A stretch of 64,000 nt of DNA from Armatimonadota bacterium (GCA_039811685.1 JBDHZC010000002.1:384001-448000); one strand, 5' to 3'; counted from the stretch's first letter, positions 37,474-48,195 are shown. Notes: generated from the letters alone by a model not told the origin. A program made the numbers and translations.

Positions 37474-39573
37474 CTAGACAGGTGCGACTGGCTCGGCAGA
37501 CGCCACCTCTTCGACCATCACCATCCCCGTTGACTCCACATTGACTCCGGTTGGAATCTCGTTGTAGCTCAACACGGGAAGCTGCGGGAAATTGCGCTCT
37601 ACCAGCCGGCGAAAATGCATCCGGACAGGCGCCGAAACCAGCGCAAGCGGCGAATGTCCGTTCATTGCGATGCGCTCCATTTGATCTCTGACGGAGAGCA
37701 GAATCTTCTGCAGCAGCTCCGGATCAATAATGCAGCGCACGCCGTTCTCCGTCTGGCGCAGCGACTCCGAGAGGTGGTGCTCGATGCGCGGGTCCACCGT
37801 GAACACATGCAGCCTTCCGTCGGGCTCCGTATGCTGCCTGGTGATCTGTCTCCCCAGCCGCTCGCGCACCTTTTCCACCAGAATGTCCACGTCCTTGGTC
37901 AAGGGCGCATGGTCTGCCAGCGCCTCCAGAATACTTGAGACATCCCGAACATCAACGCGCTCATCCAGCAGGCGGCATAACACGCGCTGAACCTCACCAA
38001 CCGACATAATCTTCGGCACCAGTTCATCTACCACGATAGGCGCTTTCTCTTTCACGGAGTCGATGATAGCCTGGACGTCCTGGCGGGTTACAATCTCACT
38101 TGCGTGCGAGCGGACAAACTCAGAAAGATGAGTTATCAACACTGTGACAGCGTCCACCACGCTGCATCCCAGTGACTCGGCAATGCTGCGGTCCTGCTCG
38201 GCAATCCAGACGGCCGGAAGCCCAAAGGCGGGTTCAGTTGTGCGCAGGCCCGGGATGTCAATGGATCCGCCGCTTGGGTTCATCGCAAGCAACTGGCCAG
38301 GGTAGCTCTCTCCACGCGCCACTTCCACGCCCTTGAGCTTGACGGCGTACTCTGTTGGCTTGAGTTGCAGATTGTCACGCACCCGAATGGGTGGCGTCAC
38401 AAATCCGGATTCCGTAGCCATCTGACGGCGCAGCGCTGTGACGCGGTCCAGCAGGTCTCCGCCCTGTTTTCTGTCCGCCAGAACAATAAGCCCGTAGCCA
38501 ATCTCAAGCTCCAGCGGGTCAACTCCCACCAGCTCAGCCAGATTCTCCGGCGGTTTTGGCGCATCCGGCTGCTCCTGCGCGGCGGGTCTGGCTGAGGCCG
38601 CTGCCTGCTGTCTGGAAAGTGTCATCGCGAGAAGTCCCGCCATCGTTCCGACAAAGAGAAACGGAGCCTTGGGAATGCCCGGGACGAGCCCGAGCATTAG
38701 AAAGACGCCGGCCGCAGTCCCGATGGCTTTGGGCTGTGCGAGCATCTGCGTGCTGAGGTTAGCGCCGAGGTTGGTCTCCCCGTTAGCCCGGGTGACAACC
38801 AGACCGGTCGCAGTGGAAATGAGAAGCGCCGGAATCTGCGCAACCAGCCCCTCTCCAATAGTCAGCAGAGTGTAAGTCTGCAGCGCTGTCTGCAGGTCCA
38901 TATGGTGCTGGACTATGCCCACCGTGAACCCGCCGAGAATGTTGACGACGATGATGATTACCGCCGCGATAGCGTCCCCGCGCACGAACTTGCTCGCGCC
39001 GTCCATCGCTCCGTAAAAATCTGACTCCTCAGCAATCTTCTTGCGGCGCTCGCGGGCTTCATCTTCGTTAATCAGCCCCGCGTTGAGGTCTGCGTCAATG
39101 GCCATCTGCTTACCAGGCATCGCGTCCAGAGTGAAGCGCGCCGCAACCTCCGCCACGCGCCCCGCGCCATTTGTGATAACCACAAACTGGATCATCACCA
39201 GAATGATGAAGACAACCAGCCCGACGATATAGTTGCCACCCACAACCACAGAACCAAAAGCGCTGATGATCGCGCCTGCCTCCGCGTGCAGCAGAATCAG
39301 ACGGGTTGCGGAGATGTTGAGCGCCAGCCGAAAGAGCGTTACGATGAGCAGCATCGAGGGAAAGCTGCTGAAATCCAGAGGGCGCGCGCTGTAGATAACC
39401 ACCAGCATGATGGTCAGAGCCAGCGTTATGTTGAACCCGAGCAGAATGTCCAGCAGCCACGACGGCAGCGGAACGACCATCATCCCGACGATGAGCACCG
39501 CGCCCAGAGCGCTGACCAGGTCCGGGCTTACCAGCTTTCGCTGCGGGTTGGGTTGTGCTATTGCTACAGCCAA
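37474..39573 (-). CDS. flhA: Flagellar export protein FlhA
   Basis: RVAEVAARFTLDAMPGKQMAIDADL, FYGAMDGASKFVRGD, EPAFGLPA. Confidence 0.98.
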   Translation of the reverse strand: MAVAIAQPNPQRKLVSPDLVSALGAVLIVGMMVVPLPSWLLDILLGFNITLALTIMLVVIYSARPLDFSSFPSMLLIVTLFRLALNISATRLILLHAEAGAIISAFGSVVVGGNYIVGLVVFIILVMIQFVVITNGAGRVAEVAARFTLDAMPGKQMAIDADLNAGLINEDEARERRKKIAEESDFYGAMDGASKFVRGDAIAAVIIIVVNILGGFTVGIVQHHMDLQTALQTYTLLTIGEGLVAQIPALLISTATGLVVTRANGETNLGANLSTQMLAQPKAIGTAAGVFLMLGLVPGIPKAPFLFVGTMAGLLAMTLSRQQAAASARPAAQEQPDAPKPPENLAELVGVDPLELEIGYGLIVLADRKQGGDLLDRVTALRRQMATESGFVTPPIRVRDNLQLKPTEYAVKLKGVEVARGESYPGQLLAMNPSGGSIDIPGLRTTEPAFGLPAVWIAEQDRSIAESLGCSVVDAVTVLITHLSEFVRSHASEIVTRQDVQAIIDSVKEKAPIVVDELVPKIMSVGEVQRVLCRLLDERVDVRDVSSILEALADHAPLTKDVDILVEKVRERLGRQITRQHTEPDGRLHVFTVDPRIEHHLSESLRQTENGVRCIIDPELLQKILLSVRDQMERIAMNGHSPLALVSAPVRMHFRRLVERNFPQLPVLSYNEIPTGVNVESTGMVMVEEVASAEPVAPV

Positions 39574-39694
39574 AGGTGTGACTCAGTCCTTTTCAGTACG
39601 TGCGCAGCGACCGCGCCGCGTCCACTGACAGCGTCCTTATTAGACCTGACAGGAAGGTACGGAGACAGCCGCGCGTCGCTTTGAATCTGCCTGC

Positions 39695-40765
39695 TCATCT
39701 GGCCACTCCCGCGGAAGCGTTCTTGATCCGGTAGACGGCCGCCAGCACTTCAGCTACAGCCTCGTACAGCTCCAGCGGCACTTCACGTCCCACCTCAACG
39801 CTTCTGAACAGGGAGCGCGCCAGGGGAATGTTTCGCACGACAGGCACTTTGTGCTTCTCGGCGATCTCCTTGATCTTTTCCGCGACCAGGTTCTGTCCTT
39901 TAGCCACCACTTTTGGCGCCGCCATCTCACCGGCGTCGTACTTCAGAGCGACTGCGAAGTGGACCGGGTTGGTGATGACGACATCGGCCTTCGGAACGTC
40001 CGCCATCATCCGTTTTCGAGCCATCTCCCGCATAATCGAGCGGATGCGAGAGCGTGTGGTCGGGTCTCCTTCAGATCGCCGCAGGTCTTCTTTGAGCTCC
40101 TGGCGGGTCATCATCAGCTCCTGCATGTGCTGGCGGCGCTGAACGGCGTAGTCGATGCCGGCGATCACCAGAATGCTGCAGGTGGCGCGGACAATCATCT
40201 TCCAGGCCACAGCGCCCACGCCGGTCGCTATGCCGATCCACGAAGTGTTCATCAGATTGGCCAGCGTACCAGACTCTTCCCGCAGCGTGATCCAGATGAC
40301 ATAGCCCACCACCAGAACCTTCAAAGTTGTCTTGAAAAGCTCGAAAACACCGCGCTTCGAGAGCATCCTCTGCAGACCCTTCATCGGGTCAAGTCTTGTA
40401 AGCTGAGGCTGGAGAGGCTCAACAGAGAACACAAGTCCCACCTGCGCGGCGGTAGCCAGCGCGGCAACGCCCATACCTATCAGGAGCACCGGCAGCAGGA
40501 TCATCACAGACTGCGTGAGAGCAAAGCGCCCCATCACACTCGCTGACTCCAGATCGAAGCTGCGCACCGGCCAGGTCGTGAAGCAGTACACGCAAAGGTT
40601 GCGCAGGCGCTCCGTGAAAGCGGGTCCCATCGTCTTGAGAGTGATCAGAGCCGCCAGAACAGCCAGACTCGAAGACAGTTCAACTGAGCGCGCAGCCTGA
40701 CCCTTTCGACGCGCCTCTTCGCGGCGACGGTCTGTCGGTTGTTCTGTTTTTTCTTCAAGCGCCAT
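39695..40765 (-). CDS. flhB: Flagellar export protein FlhB
   Basis: EKTEQPT, SEGDP, ITNPVHFAVAL (NPxH autocleavage site), PKVVAKG. Confidence 0.97.
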   Translation of the reverse strand: MALEEKTEQPTDRRREEARRKGQAARSVELSSSLAVLAALITLKTMGPAFTERLRNLCVYCFTTWPVRSFDLESASVMGRFALTQSVMILLPVLLIGMGVAALATAAQVGLVFSVEPLQPQLTRLDPMKGLQRMLSKRGVFELFKTTLKVLVVGYVIWITLREESGTLANLMNTSWIGIATGVGAVAWKMIVRATCSILVIAGIDYAVQRRQHMQELMMTRQELKEDLRRSEGDPTTRSRIRSIMREMARKRMMADVPKADVVITNPVHFAVALKYDAGEMAAPKVVAKGQNLVAEKIKEIAEKHKVPVVRNIPLARSLFRSVEVGREVPLELYEAVAEVLAAVYRIKNASAGVAR

Positions 40766-40773
40766 TTAGATTT

Positions 40774-41556
40774 TCAGTGCCCCAGCGCCCGCGCCGCCAC
40801 CATCACGTCGCCATACATCCCTCTCAGCAAATGCGTCAGCACAACTCCCATCACCGGCAACCCAACCGCCAATGCGCAGATTCCAACTCCTATTTTCAGC
40901 GGCAGCCCCACCATCAGCAGGTTGAGCTGAGGAGATGTCCGCGCAACCAGCCCAAGCGCGATGTCACACAGCAGCATCAGACCGATGATCGGCCCGGCTA
41001 TCTTCAGCCCGGTGAGAAACACCTCCACGAAGATCTCCATCACCGGACGGGAAGCCGCCGCCAGGTTGGCCGGGGCGCCCGGAGCGATGATGCCAAAGCT
41101 CTCTACCAGCCCCTGGATCAACAGGTGATGCGCGCCCACCACCAGAAACAGCAGCGTCGCGAACATCTGGAGAAAGCGCGCCGCAACCGGCATCTGCACG
41201 TTGCTGATCGGATCCACACTGCCGGAGAGCCCAAACCCTATTTCGTAGTCCATCAGCTCACCAGCCATCTGCGCAGCCGAGATGACCAGGCTCGCTATGA
41301 AGCCGATAGCCAGCCCGACCGTCACCTCTCGCGCCAAACCCACCACCAGCGGCAGTGGGCTGGCCTGCGTGAACTGAGGCGCTGATCCGGACACCGGCGC
41401 AACCGCCGCTGCCAGCGCAACGATTATGATGATGCGCACCTGCACCGGAACCTTCGCCTGCCCAAATATGGGCGCGACGGAAAAAATGCCGCCAACTCTG
41501 CCGAGCACCAGCAGAAATCGAATCAGTTGTTCGCTCCACAAATCCAGAACTGTCAC
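40774..41556 (-). CDS. fliR: Flagellar export protein FliR
   Basis: APIFG, E...GL.IGF, AGELMD..IGF, RTSPQLN...GLPLK. Confidence 0.95.
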   Translation of the reverse strand: MTVLDLWSEQLIRFLLVLGRVGGIFSVAPIFGQAKVPVQVRIIIIVALAAAVAPVSGSAPQFTQASPLPLVVGLAREVTVGLAIGFIASLVISAAQMAGELMDYEIGFGLSGSVDPISNVQMPVAARFLQMFATLLFLVVGAHHLLIQGLVESFGIIAPGAPANLAAASRPVMEIFVEVFLTGLKIAGPIIGLMLLCDIALGLVARTSPQLNLLMVGLPLKIGVGICALAVGLPVMGVVLTHLLRGMYGDVMVAARALGH

Positions 41557-41574
41557 GTCAGAATCTCGATTTCC

Positions 41575-41841
41575 TCAGCGCACAAGCTGCGGGATAGACA
41601 GAAGCAGATCCCGCGAAAAACCTACGAGCATCTTCAGCATCCACGGGCCGAAAAATACTCCGGAAAGTACGACAGCGATGATTTTTGGGACAAAGGAGAT
41701 TGTGGCTTCCTGAATCTGTGTGGCGGCCTGAAAAATGCTGACCAGAAGCCCAACCACAAGACCGACAATCAGCACCGGAGCGCACAGGATCAGCGCAATC
41801 GAAATAGATTTTTGAGCCAGATGCAAGACTGCGGAATCCAT
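41575..41841 (-). CDS. fliQ: Flagellar export protein FliQ
   Basis: GLLVSIFQAATQIQEATISFVPK, GPWM. Confidence 0.97.
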   Translation of the reverse strand: MDSAVLHLAQKSISIALILCAPVLIVGLVVGLLVSIFQAATQIQEATISFVPKIIAVVLSGVFFGPWMLKMLVGFSRDLLLSIPQLVR

Positions 41842-41866
41842 TTGTTACTCCTCGAAACACCGTCCG

Positions 41867-42646
41867 TCAATGAAACGACAGCGAAAGCGACTGCGCTATG
41901 AGCTGCCATCCGTCCACTAGGACGAACAGCAGAATCTTGAATGGCAGACTCACCAGAACCGGCGGCAGCATCATCATTCCCATTGACATCAGGGTGATGG
42001 AAACCACCATATCAATCACCAGAAAGGGGATGAAGATGACGAACCCAATTGTGAAAGCGGTCTTGAGCTCGCTGATAATGAACGCGGGCGCAAGAACGCT
42101 GGTGGGAATGTCGGCCTGAGTGTGCGGGCGCGGCATTTTGGACAGCTTGACAAACAGAGCGACGTCGCTCTCCCGCGTCTGCTTGAACATGAATGCGCGC
42201 ACTGGCTTTGAGCCGCGGTCCACCGCCTGATCGAAGTCAATCTGCTTTGCCATGAACGGCTTGACCGCCTTTTCGTTGACCTGATTCAGCGTTGGCGCCA
42301 TCGTGAAGAAAGTGAGAAACAGAGCCAGGCCCAGCAGCACTGCGTTTGGCGGAACCTGTTGCGTCCCGAGAGCGCTGCGCGTCAGGCTGAGCACGATGAC
42401 AATGCGCGTGAAGCTGGTGCACATCAGCAGAATGGCAGGCGCGACGCTCAGCACTGTGAGCATCAGCAGAAGCTGCACTGTCGCGGAGACATCCTCCGGA
42501 CTCCTGGACGTGCCCACGCCAACTGAAAGCTTGGGAATCCCCGCCAGGCTCTGGGCATGAAGCGCACCGCATGTCAGAAAAACCATGCCAAGCGTCACGC
42601 TCAGCACGGCTCCTGACCGGGCAAAGATGCGGGTGCGCGCTTTCAT
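41867..42646 (-). CDS. fliP: Flagellar export protein FliP
   Basis: TSFTRIVIVL, PAFIISELKTAF, MGMMMLPP..SLPFKILLFVLVDGW. Confidence 0.98.
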   Translation of the reverse strand: MKARTRIFARSGAVLSVTLGMVFLTCGALHAQSLAGIPKLSVGVGTSRSPEDVSATVQLLLMLTVLSVAPAILLMCTSFTRIVIVLSLTRSALGTQQVPPNAVLLGLALFLTFFTMAPTLNQVNEKAVKPFMAKQIDFDQAVDRGSKPVRAFMFKQTRESDVALFVKLSKMPRPHTQADIPTSVLAPAFIISELKTAFTIGFVIFIPFLVIDMVVSITLMSMGMMMLPPVLVSLPFKILLFVLVDGWQLIAQSLSLSFH

Positions 42647-43782
42647 CAGACCTGGGGGGACTCCAGACGGCTGCGAAGCTCATCAATAAACTGCGTGCTT
42701 TTGCGGATTTCCGCAGCAACTTTGCGGGCAGCGGCGGGCTGTTGCGCAGGCTGCTTCGGCCTTGCCTGCACTGTACCCAGACGGCTCTTGAATCCCTCCA
42801 GCACCGCCGGCAGCAGCGAGCTCATGAAATTGACCGATGGCGAGTCTTCATGCTCCAGAGTCTGAGCGGAGGACTCCGCGCCTGTTGTTGAGCCAGAGCC
42901 GTGATCTCTTGCGCTTCTGAGCTCAGGCTCCTTGATCTCAAAGTTGTCATCCAGCGCAGCCAGAATATTCACTTGTCCCTGCGCCGTGCCGACGAGAAAG
43001 CGCTTCCCGTTGATGTTGACCAGATGCACAGCCGTTCCGGCGCTCAGCGGCGCGCTCTCTTCAACAATCAGCGTGCGCGCGCCGAAGCGCAGCGGCTTGC
43101 CTGTGCGCGTCCAGAAGAGCTTGAGAGCCACGACCGACAGATAGGCCAGGACCAGAACAAGCGCCAGCTTCGCCAGAAAACCCAGGCCGGCGCCAATCCC
43201 TGTGAGGGCTGTGCCAAAGGAAGAGCTCTGGCCTTCAGGCTCAAACAGCTTGCCCTGCGATTCTCTGTCAGGCTGTACAGCAGCGGCGGGCGCTGCGGTG
43301 CTGCGGGCAGAGGACTTCACTTTAGCGGCGTGAGCGGGCTCCGTTGGCCTTTCCTCTGTTACGGACGGACGGGCGAGAACGGGCCTGGCGGCAGACGCCT
43401 TTGAGTTACGCTCTCGCGCGGAGGCTGCGGCAGGTGGATTTGTCACAGGACGTGGCTGGACTGTTTCCACTGGACGGGAGCGAGGCGCGCGGGTTACCCG
43501 GGGAGCGGGCGTGGTTTTTTCCACGGGCCTGGGCGCGCGGCGAGCGTCCAGCTTCTGCTGCGCCCACTTAGACCCAGAAGCCGCCAAATCCTCAAGAGAT
43601 TTGGCCTCAGGCTTGACAGTTGCGGCGGGTTTCTCAGCTTTGGCCTGCTCTTTCGCAGCAGCGCGAGCTGCCGCCATTTCCGCAATCTCCTCAGCTTTGG
43701 TCTTTGGCTCCGGCCCCTGGGCAAAGACAACCCCTGCCACAGCCGCGAGCAACAGAAGTACCACGACACACGCTCTACGCAA
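42646..43782 (-). CDS. fliO: FliO/FliZ-family protein with long N-terminal extension
   Basis: Between fliN and fliP; TTG 43782 overlaps the fliN end; signal-like N-terminus, Pro/Ala linker, TM, LSAGTAVHLVNINGKRFLVG. Confidence 0.75.
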   Translation of the reverse strand: MRRACVVVLLLLAAVAGVVFAQGPEPKTKAEEIAEMAAARAAAKEQAKAEKPAATVKPEAKSLEDLAASGSKWAQQKLDARRAPRPVEKTTPAPRVTRAPRSRPVETVQPRPVTNPPAAASARERNSKASAARPVLARPSVTEERPTEPAHAAKVKSSARSTAAPAAAVQPDRESQGKLFEPEGQSSSFGTALTGIGAGLGFLAKLALVLVLAYLSVVALKLFWTRTGKPLRFGARTLIVEESAPLSAGTAVHLVNINGKRFLVGTAQGQVNILAALDDNFEIKEPELRSARDHGSGSTTGAESSAQTLEHEDSPSVNFMSSLLPAVLEGFKSRLGTVQARPKQPAQQPAAARKVAAEIRKSTQFIDELRSRLESPQV

Positions 43783-44266
43783 CTTTGTTGTCCCTTTCCG
43801 CCGTGCTGACAACTTCCGTAACCCGCACCCCGAAATTCTCATCAATGACAACAACCTCTCCGCGGGCAATCAACTTGTTGTTCACGTAGAGATCGACTGG
43901 CTCACCGGCGATGCGGTCAAGCTCTACCACTGACCCCGGCCCCAGAGCCAGAGCCTCTTTTATGGTGAGATCGCGCCGTCCAAGCTCCGCTGTCAGCACA
44001 AGCTGCACGTCCAGCAGAAGGTCAATGGACTTGGGAGCCTCCACGCCTGATTGCTGTGCGCGCAAAGAGCCAAACTGCACGTTCTGAACTGACGCGGTCT
44101 CAGAAGCGTGAGAACCGTAGATTGCTGCGTCAGCGGGAGCCTCAGACTCAGAATCGGCGCTGTGAACGACCTCAAGCTCCGGTGAATCCGCGGGTGTCTG
44201 CCCGGATGCGCCCTCTTCGCTCACAGGCGCACTATCCATCTCATCTTGCGAAAGGCCTTCGCCCAT
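43775..44266 (-). CDS. fliN: Flagellar motor switch protein FliN
   Basis: IDLLLDV.L.LTAELGR, GSVVELDR.AGEPVD, IARGEVVVIDENFGVR. Confidence 0.95.
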   Translation of the reverse strand: MGEGLSQDEMDSAPVSEEGASGQTPADSPELEVVHSADSESEAPADAAIYGSHASETASVQNVQFGSLRAQQSGVEAPKSIDLLLDVQLVLTAELGRRDLTIKEALALGPGSVVELDRIAGEPVDLYVNNKLIARGEVVVIDENFGVRVTEVVSTAERDNKVA

Positions 44267-44663
44267 TGACTGACTGTCCTTCCTGACGCCTCAAGCGCCG
44301 ACAACGCCGCGCGGTCCCCCGCACAGCGGTTGAGCCGGGTAAAAGCGTCACTGATTCGGTTGAAATACTCTGTCGGGATTGCCTGACATCCAGGACCTGC
44401 CGCCGCAGACCGGTGTCCGCCTCTGAGTTCTCAGGGCGTTTTGGTCTCTATCCGGGCGAAGTCGCTTCTTCGGTTGTCAGGTCTCAAGTGGGGTGGACAT
44501 CGTGTCCGGACGAAAACACGGATAGGACCGCGCTTGCGTCAAAGGGCGTCATCTTGAGCAGATTCTCCTGCGCCGCCGGTTTTTGCCGGTGGTGGCTCCG
44601 GAGTGGCCCACCAGACCCGGATCAGCATCCCCGTACAATCACCGGGACATCCGATCAGCACCA

Positions 44664-44691
44664 TAATCGGCACGAAGTGTGGAAACCTTTA
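44664..44691 (-). promoter_or_regulatory. Sigma28-type promoter upstream of the flagellar operon
   Basis: TAAA-N16-GCCGATTA. Confidence 0.65.
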
Positions 44692-44852
44692 ACGGTTTTT
44701 GAAGTTTCTCTACCAGCTTTTTTGGCGGGCAAGACGACGCCCAAGCATTCGGGTACTGGCCGGGTCAAATGCGGCTATCGGCTATAATGCAATTTCTGGG
44801 TGGCGCTGGAGCGCGCACTTTGGGCGGAGGTTTGACACCAACTGTGGTTGAT

Positions 44853-46223
44853 ATGGACACAATCGTGTCGCTGTGCAAGCGACGCGGCTTTATCTTTCAG
44901 TCGAGCGAGATATACGGAGGCATTCAGGGAGTCTTTGACTACGGCCCTCTTGGAGTGGAGCTGAAGAACAATCTCAAGAAGCTCTGGTGGCGGCACAACG
45001 TCTATGAAAGAGACGATATGGAGGGTCTGGACGCCAGCATCCTGATGAACCGCAGAGTCTGGAAGTACTCCGGCCACGAAGACACATTTGTCGATCCGAT
45101 GGTGGACTGCAAACTGTGCAAGGGGCGCTTCAGGGCGGACAAGCTTGGCGAAAGTCAGTGCCTGCTGCACTCAAAGCTTCATCCGGGTGAGTGTGAAGGA
45201 GAGCTGACTGAGCCGCGCGCCTTCAACATGATGTTCAGGACGCAGGTCGGGCCTGTCGCGGACGATGAGTCCTTCGCTTACCTGCGCCCGGAGACGGCGC
45301 AGGGTATCTTCGTCAACTTCAAGAATGTGCTCGACTCCACAAACCGCAAGCTCCCGTTTGGAATCGCGCAGATTGGCAAAGCCTTTCGCAATGAGATCAC
45401 GCCACGCAACTTTATCTTCCGCGTGCGCGAGTTCGAGCAGATGGAGATTGAGTACTTCTGCCGTCCGGAGGAGGCTGAGGGCGCTTTTGACGCGTGGGTG
45501 AAAGACCATGTGGACTTCTGGGTCAATGAGGTGGGGCTGGACCGCGAAAAGCTGCGGCTGTACGAAGTTCCCGAGTCCGACCGCGCCCACTACTCCAAGC
45601 GCACCATTGACATTTTCTACCAGTATCCGATCGGCTGGGAGGAGCTGGAAGGCATCGCGAACAGGACGGACTATGACCTCGGATCGCACTCCCGGCAGCA
45701 GGACAGCCTGGGCGTGCAGGCGCAGGTCATTCCGAATGAGCACACCACCGAAAAGCTGACCTACTTCGACCACACCACGAACAAGCACGTGGTTCCCTTT
45801 GTTGTGGAGCCTTCTGCGGGTGTGGACCGCGGTGTGCTGGCGGCGCTTTGCGAAGCCTACGATGAGGAGACGCTGGAGAACGGCGAAAAGCGCGTGGTCC
45901 TGCGTCTGAAGCCCGCTCTGTCACCAATCAAGGTAGCCGTTCTACCGCTGAAAAAGAACACTCCAGAGATTGTGGCCATGGCAAAGAGCATCAAGAACGA
46001 GCTTCAAAAAGGGGGACAGATGCGCGCGGTGTACGACGACACTGCGGCGATTGGCAAACTGTACCGGCGTCAGGACGAAGTCGGCACACCGTTTTGCGTA
46101 ACCGTGGATTTTCAGTCACTGGAAGATCAGACCGTCACCGTGCGCGACCGCGACAGCATGCAGCAGGCGCGCCTGCACATCAACGAGCTGAAAGCAGCCC
46201 TTCAGGACCGCCTGGATTCCTGA
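44853..46223 (+). CDS. glyQS: Glycine--tRNA ligase, alpha2 homodimeric type (start may be up to 21 nt upstream)
   Basis: [64 protein letters not shown] at 44783. Confidence 0.96.
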   Translation: MDTIVSLCKRRGFIFQSSEIYGGIQGVFDYGPLGVELKNNLKKLWWRHNVYERDDMEGLDASILMNRRVWKYSGHEDTFVDPMVDCKLCKGRFRADKLGESQCLLHSKLHPGECEGELTEPRAFNMMFRTQVGPVADDESFAYLRPETAQGIFVNFKNVLDSTNRKLPFGIAQIGKAFRNEITPRNFIFRVREFEQMEIEYFCRPEEAEGAFDAWVKDHVDFWVNEVGLDREKLRLYEVPESDRAHYSKRTIDIFYQYPIGWEELEGIANRTDYDLGSHSRQQDSLGVQAQVIPNEHTTEKLTYFDHTTNKHVVPFVVEPSAGVDRGVLAALCEAYDEETLENGEKRVVLRLKPALSPIKVAVLPLKKNTPEIVAMAKSIKNELQKGGQMRAVYDDTAAIGKLYRRQDEVGTPFCVTVDFQSLEDQTVTVRDRDSMQQARLHINELKAALQDRLDS

Positions 46224-46282
46224 AAAGCTCCACAGTACGCTGAGCCGGGGACGGCGACGCGTACCACTGCTGAACATTTGCG

Positions 46283-47479
46283 ATGTCAGCCACTCCGGAG
46301 CAGATCGCCGCGCTCATTGACAGCCCGTACCGGGACTGTATCCCGCAGTGGAAGGATTTGCCAAAGGACCCTGTGCGACGCGTCACACTTCTGCGAAAAA
46401 GCGTGCCAGCCAGCGTCGCGCCGGTGATTCTGGAGCTCTCCGAGCTGCGCCACCGCGGGCGGGAAAAGTTCGGCCGCGCCTGCGAGATGTTCTTCGACCG
46501 GGAAGCGCTGGAGCAGTCCTCGTCCGAGGCGATAGCGGCTCTTCGAGCGGAGGCATTCAAGGACTGTGAGACGGTTGCAGACCTGACCTGCGGTATTGGC
46601 GGCGACACCTCAGCGCTGGCGCGACAGTGCCGAAAAGTGATAGCCTCTGATCTCAGCGCAGCCCGGGTTAGTATGAGCCAGTGGAACGTCGAAGCGCTGT
46701 GCGCCGCAGCTTCCATTCGCGGTGAGGTGAGCTTCCGCACAGCTTGCGCTCAGAACTACCCACTGGCAGACGGCTATTTCCTGGATCCCTCTCGCAGAGC
46801 GTCAGGCCGCAAATCCAGGTTCCTGCGAGACCTCTCGCCGCCTGTCGAGCTCGTGAAGGAGCTGGCAGCTACATCAGACAGTGTAGGTGTGAAGCTGTCC
46901 GCCGCGACACCGGATGAAGAGTTGCTTGCGCTGGGAGGCAGCATTGACTTTGTCGCGAGCGCGGGTGTCTGCCGGGAGGCCTTTGTGCGCCTGGGCAGAC
47001 TTTCCACAGGGACAACAAGGGCGCTCTTCCCGAAGAGAGGCGGTGGCTGGAGCGCACTGAGCGCGACGCCCGGCTCGCCTGGAGCTCCGCTTTCAGAGCC
47101 GCTGAAATTCCTGCTGGAGCCAAATCCCGCCATCATCCGAGCTTCCCTTCTGCCGGAGTTGTGTAGATGCGTGCACGCCGCTATTCTGGACCCGGAGAGC
47201 GCCTATTTGACTGCGGAGCGCCCATGCCCGGATTCCTCTGCGATGTCCTATGAGATTCACCGCTCGCTGCCCTTTTCACTCAAAGGCGTGAAGTCTCATC
47301 TGCGGGAAATAGGGATCGGACACGTTGAGGTCAAGAAGCGGGGGATTGACGCAGACGTAGAGGAGGTTCGCAGGCATCTGCAAAGCAAGCTCAACGGGCA
47401 CGGCGTTGTTGTGCTGATGCGTCTGTCTGGAAAGCCGTGGGCCTTCATCTGCAGCGCTGTTCCCATCGGAGCGGACTGA
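46283..47479 (+). CDS. Class I SAM-dependent methyltransferase with THUMP-like domain
   Basis: ALEQSS, DLTCGIGGD, DPSRR, EPNPAIIRA, VKKRG. Confidence 0.85.
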   Translation: MSATPEQIAALIDSPYRDCIPQWKDLPKDPVRRVTLLRKSVPASVAPVILELSELRHRGREKFGRACEMFFDREALEQSSSEAIAALRAEAFKDCETVADLTCGIGGDTSALARQCRKVIASDLSAARVSMSQWNVEALCAAASIRGEVSFRTACAQNYPLADGYFLDPSRRASGRKSRFLRDLSPPVELVKELAATSDSVGVKLSAATPDEELLALGGSIDFVASAGVCREAFVRLGRLSTGTTRALFPKRGGGWSALSATPGSPGAPLSEPLKFLLEPNPAIIRASLLPELCRCVHAAILDPESAYLTAERPCPDSSAMSYEIHRSLPFSLKGVKSHLREIGIGHVEVKKRGIDADVEEVRRHLQSKLNGHGVVVLMRLSGKPWAFICSAVPIGAD

Positions 47480-47568
47480 ACGAGCGGCCGCCCACTTGCA
47501 GCGCTGTGCCAGCTTACGCTACTATCCGCCCCGGCGCCCTCCATAAAAGAGGCGCGGGAGGATTCACA

Positions 47569-48195
47569 TTGAGCAAGACGAAGACACTTCTGTTCACTGG
47601 AGGTGAGATTCACGACTACAAGGGCGTTGGCGCGGAGCTGAAGCGGATTCTGGAGGCCTCTGGCAACTTTGAAGTAACGCACGTGGAGCAGGACCTGAAC
47701 GTGTTCGCCAGTCCCGATCTGACTCAGTACGACGCGATCGTACTGTTTTACACCATCGGAGAACTCACGGATGCGCAGTACAACGGCCTGTCCAACTTTG
47801 TTAAAAGCGGCAAAGGGTTCGTCCCCATTCACTCTGGCGCGGATTCGTTCCAGAAGTGCCCGGAGTACCGCGCGTTGGTTGGCGGGCACTTTGTCACCCA
47901 TCCCGCCTACCGCACCTATCAGGTCAGCGTGTTGGACCGTGAGCACGAAATCACCGAAGGGCTGGATGAGTTTCAGGCGACTGACGAGCAGTACATCACC
48001 GATTACGATCCGCGCGTGAACGTGCTGGCGACGGCTGTGTGGCAGGGCATAGCGCGGCCCGTAGCCTGGACCAAGAGCTGGGGTGAAGGCAGAGTGTTCT
48101 ATCTCGCTCTCGGACACGACGCACCGGCCTGCCGCAATGAGCACTTCGAGCTGCTGCTCACGCGGGGTGTGGCCTGGGCGGGGCGCCGCGCCTGA
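47569..48195 (+). CDS. ThuA-like (class I glutamine amidotransferase fold) protein
   Basis: GGAGG RBS, TTG start; GKGFVPIHSG, GG.F..HP, DEQY, GRVFYLALGH. Confidence 0.88.
   Translation: MSKTKTLLFTGGEIHDYKGVGAELKRILEASGNFEVTHVEQDLNVFASPDLTQYDAIVLFYTIGELTDAQYNGLSNFVKSGKGFVPIHSGADSFQKCPEYRALVGGHFVTHPAYRTYQVSVLDREHEITEGLDEFQATDEQYITDYDPRVNVLATAVWQGIARPVAWTKSWGEGRVFYLALGHDAPACRNEHFELLLTRGVAWAGRRA

Noticed and set aside
44310..44402. Cobalamin-riboswitch-like words (CGGTCCCC, GTCACTG, CCAGGACCTGCC) on the plus strand
   Set aside because: The 5' GGGAA core is missing and no B12-related gene lies downstream
44490..44590. GEMM-like words (GGCAAA..GACGCAAGC..GGTCCTA) in the fliN leader
   Set aside because: No GNRA-capped P2, and P3/P1 pairing cannot be completed by eye
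44480..44850. T-box leader for glyQS
   Set aside because: No GGTGGNACCGCG T-box or terminator, and a TATAAT at 44783 implies a short leader
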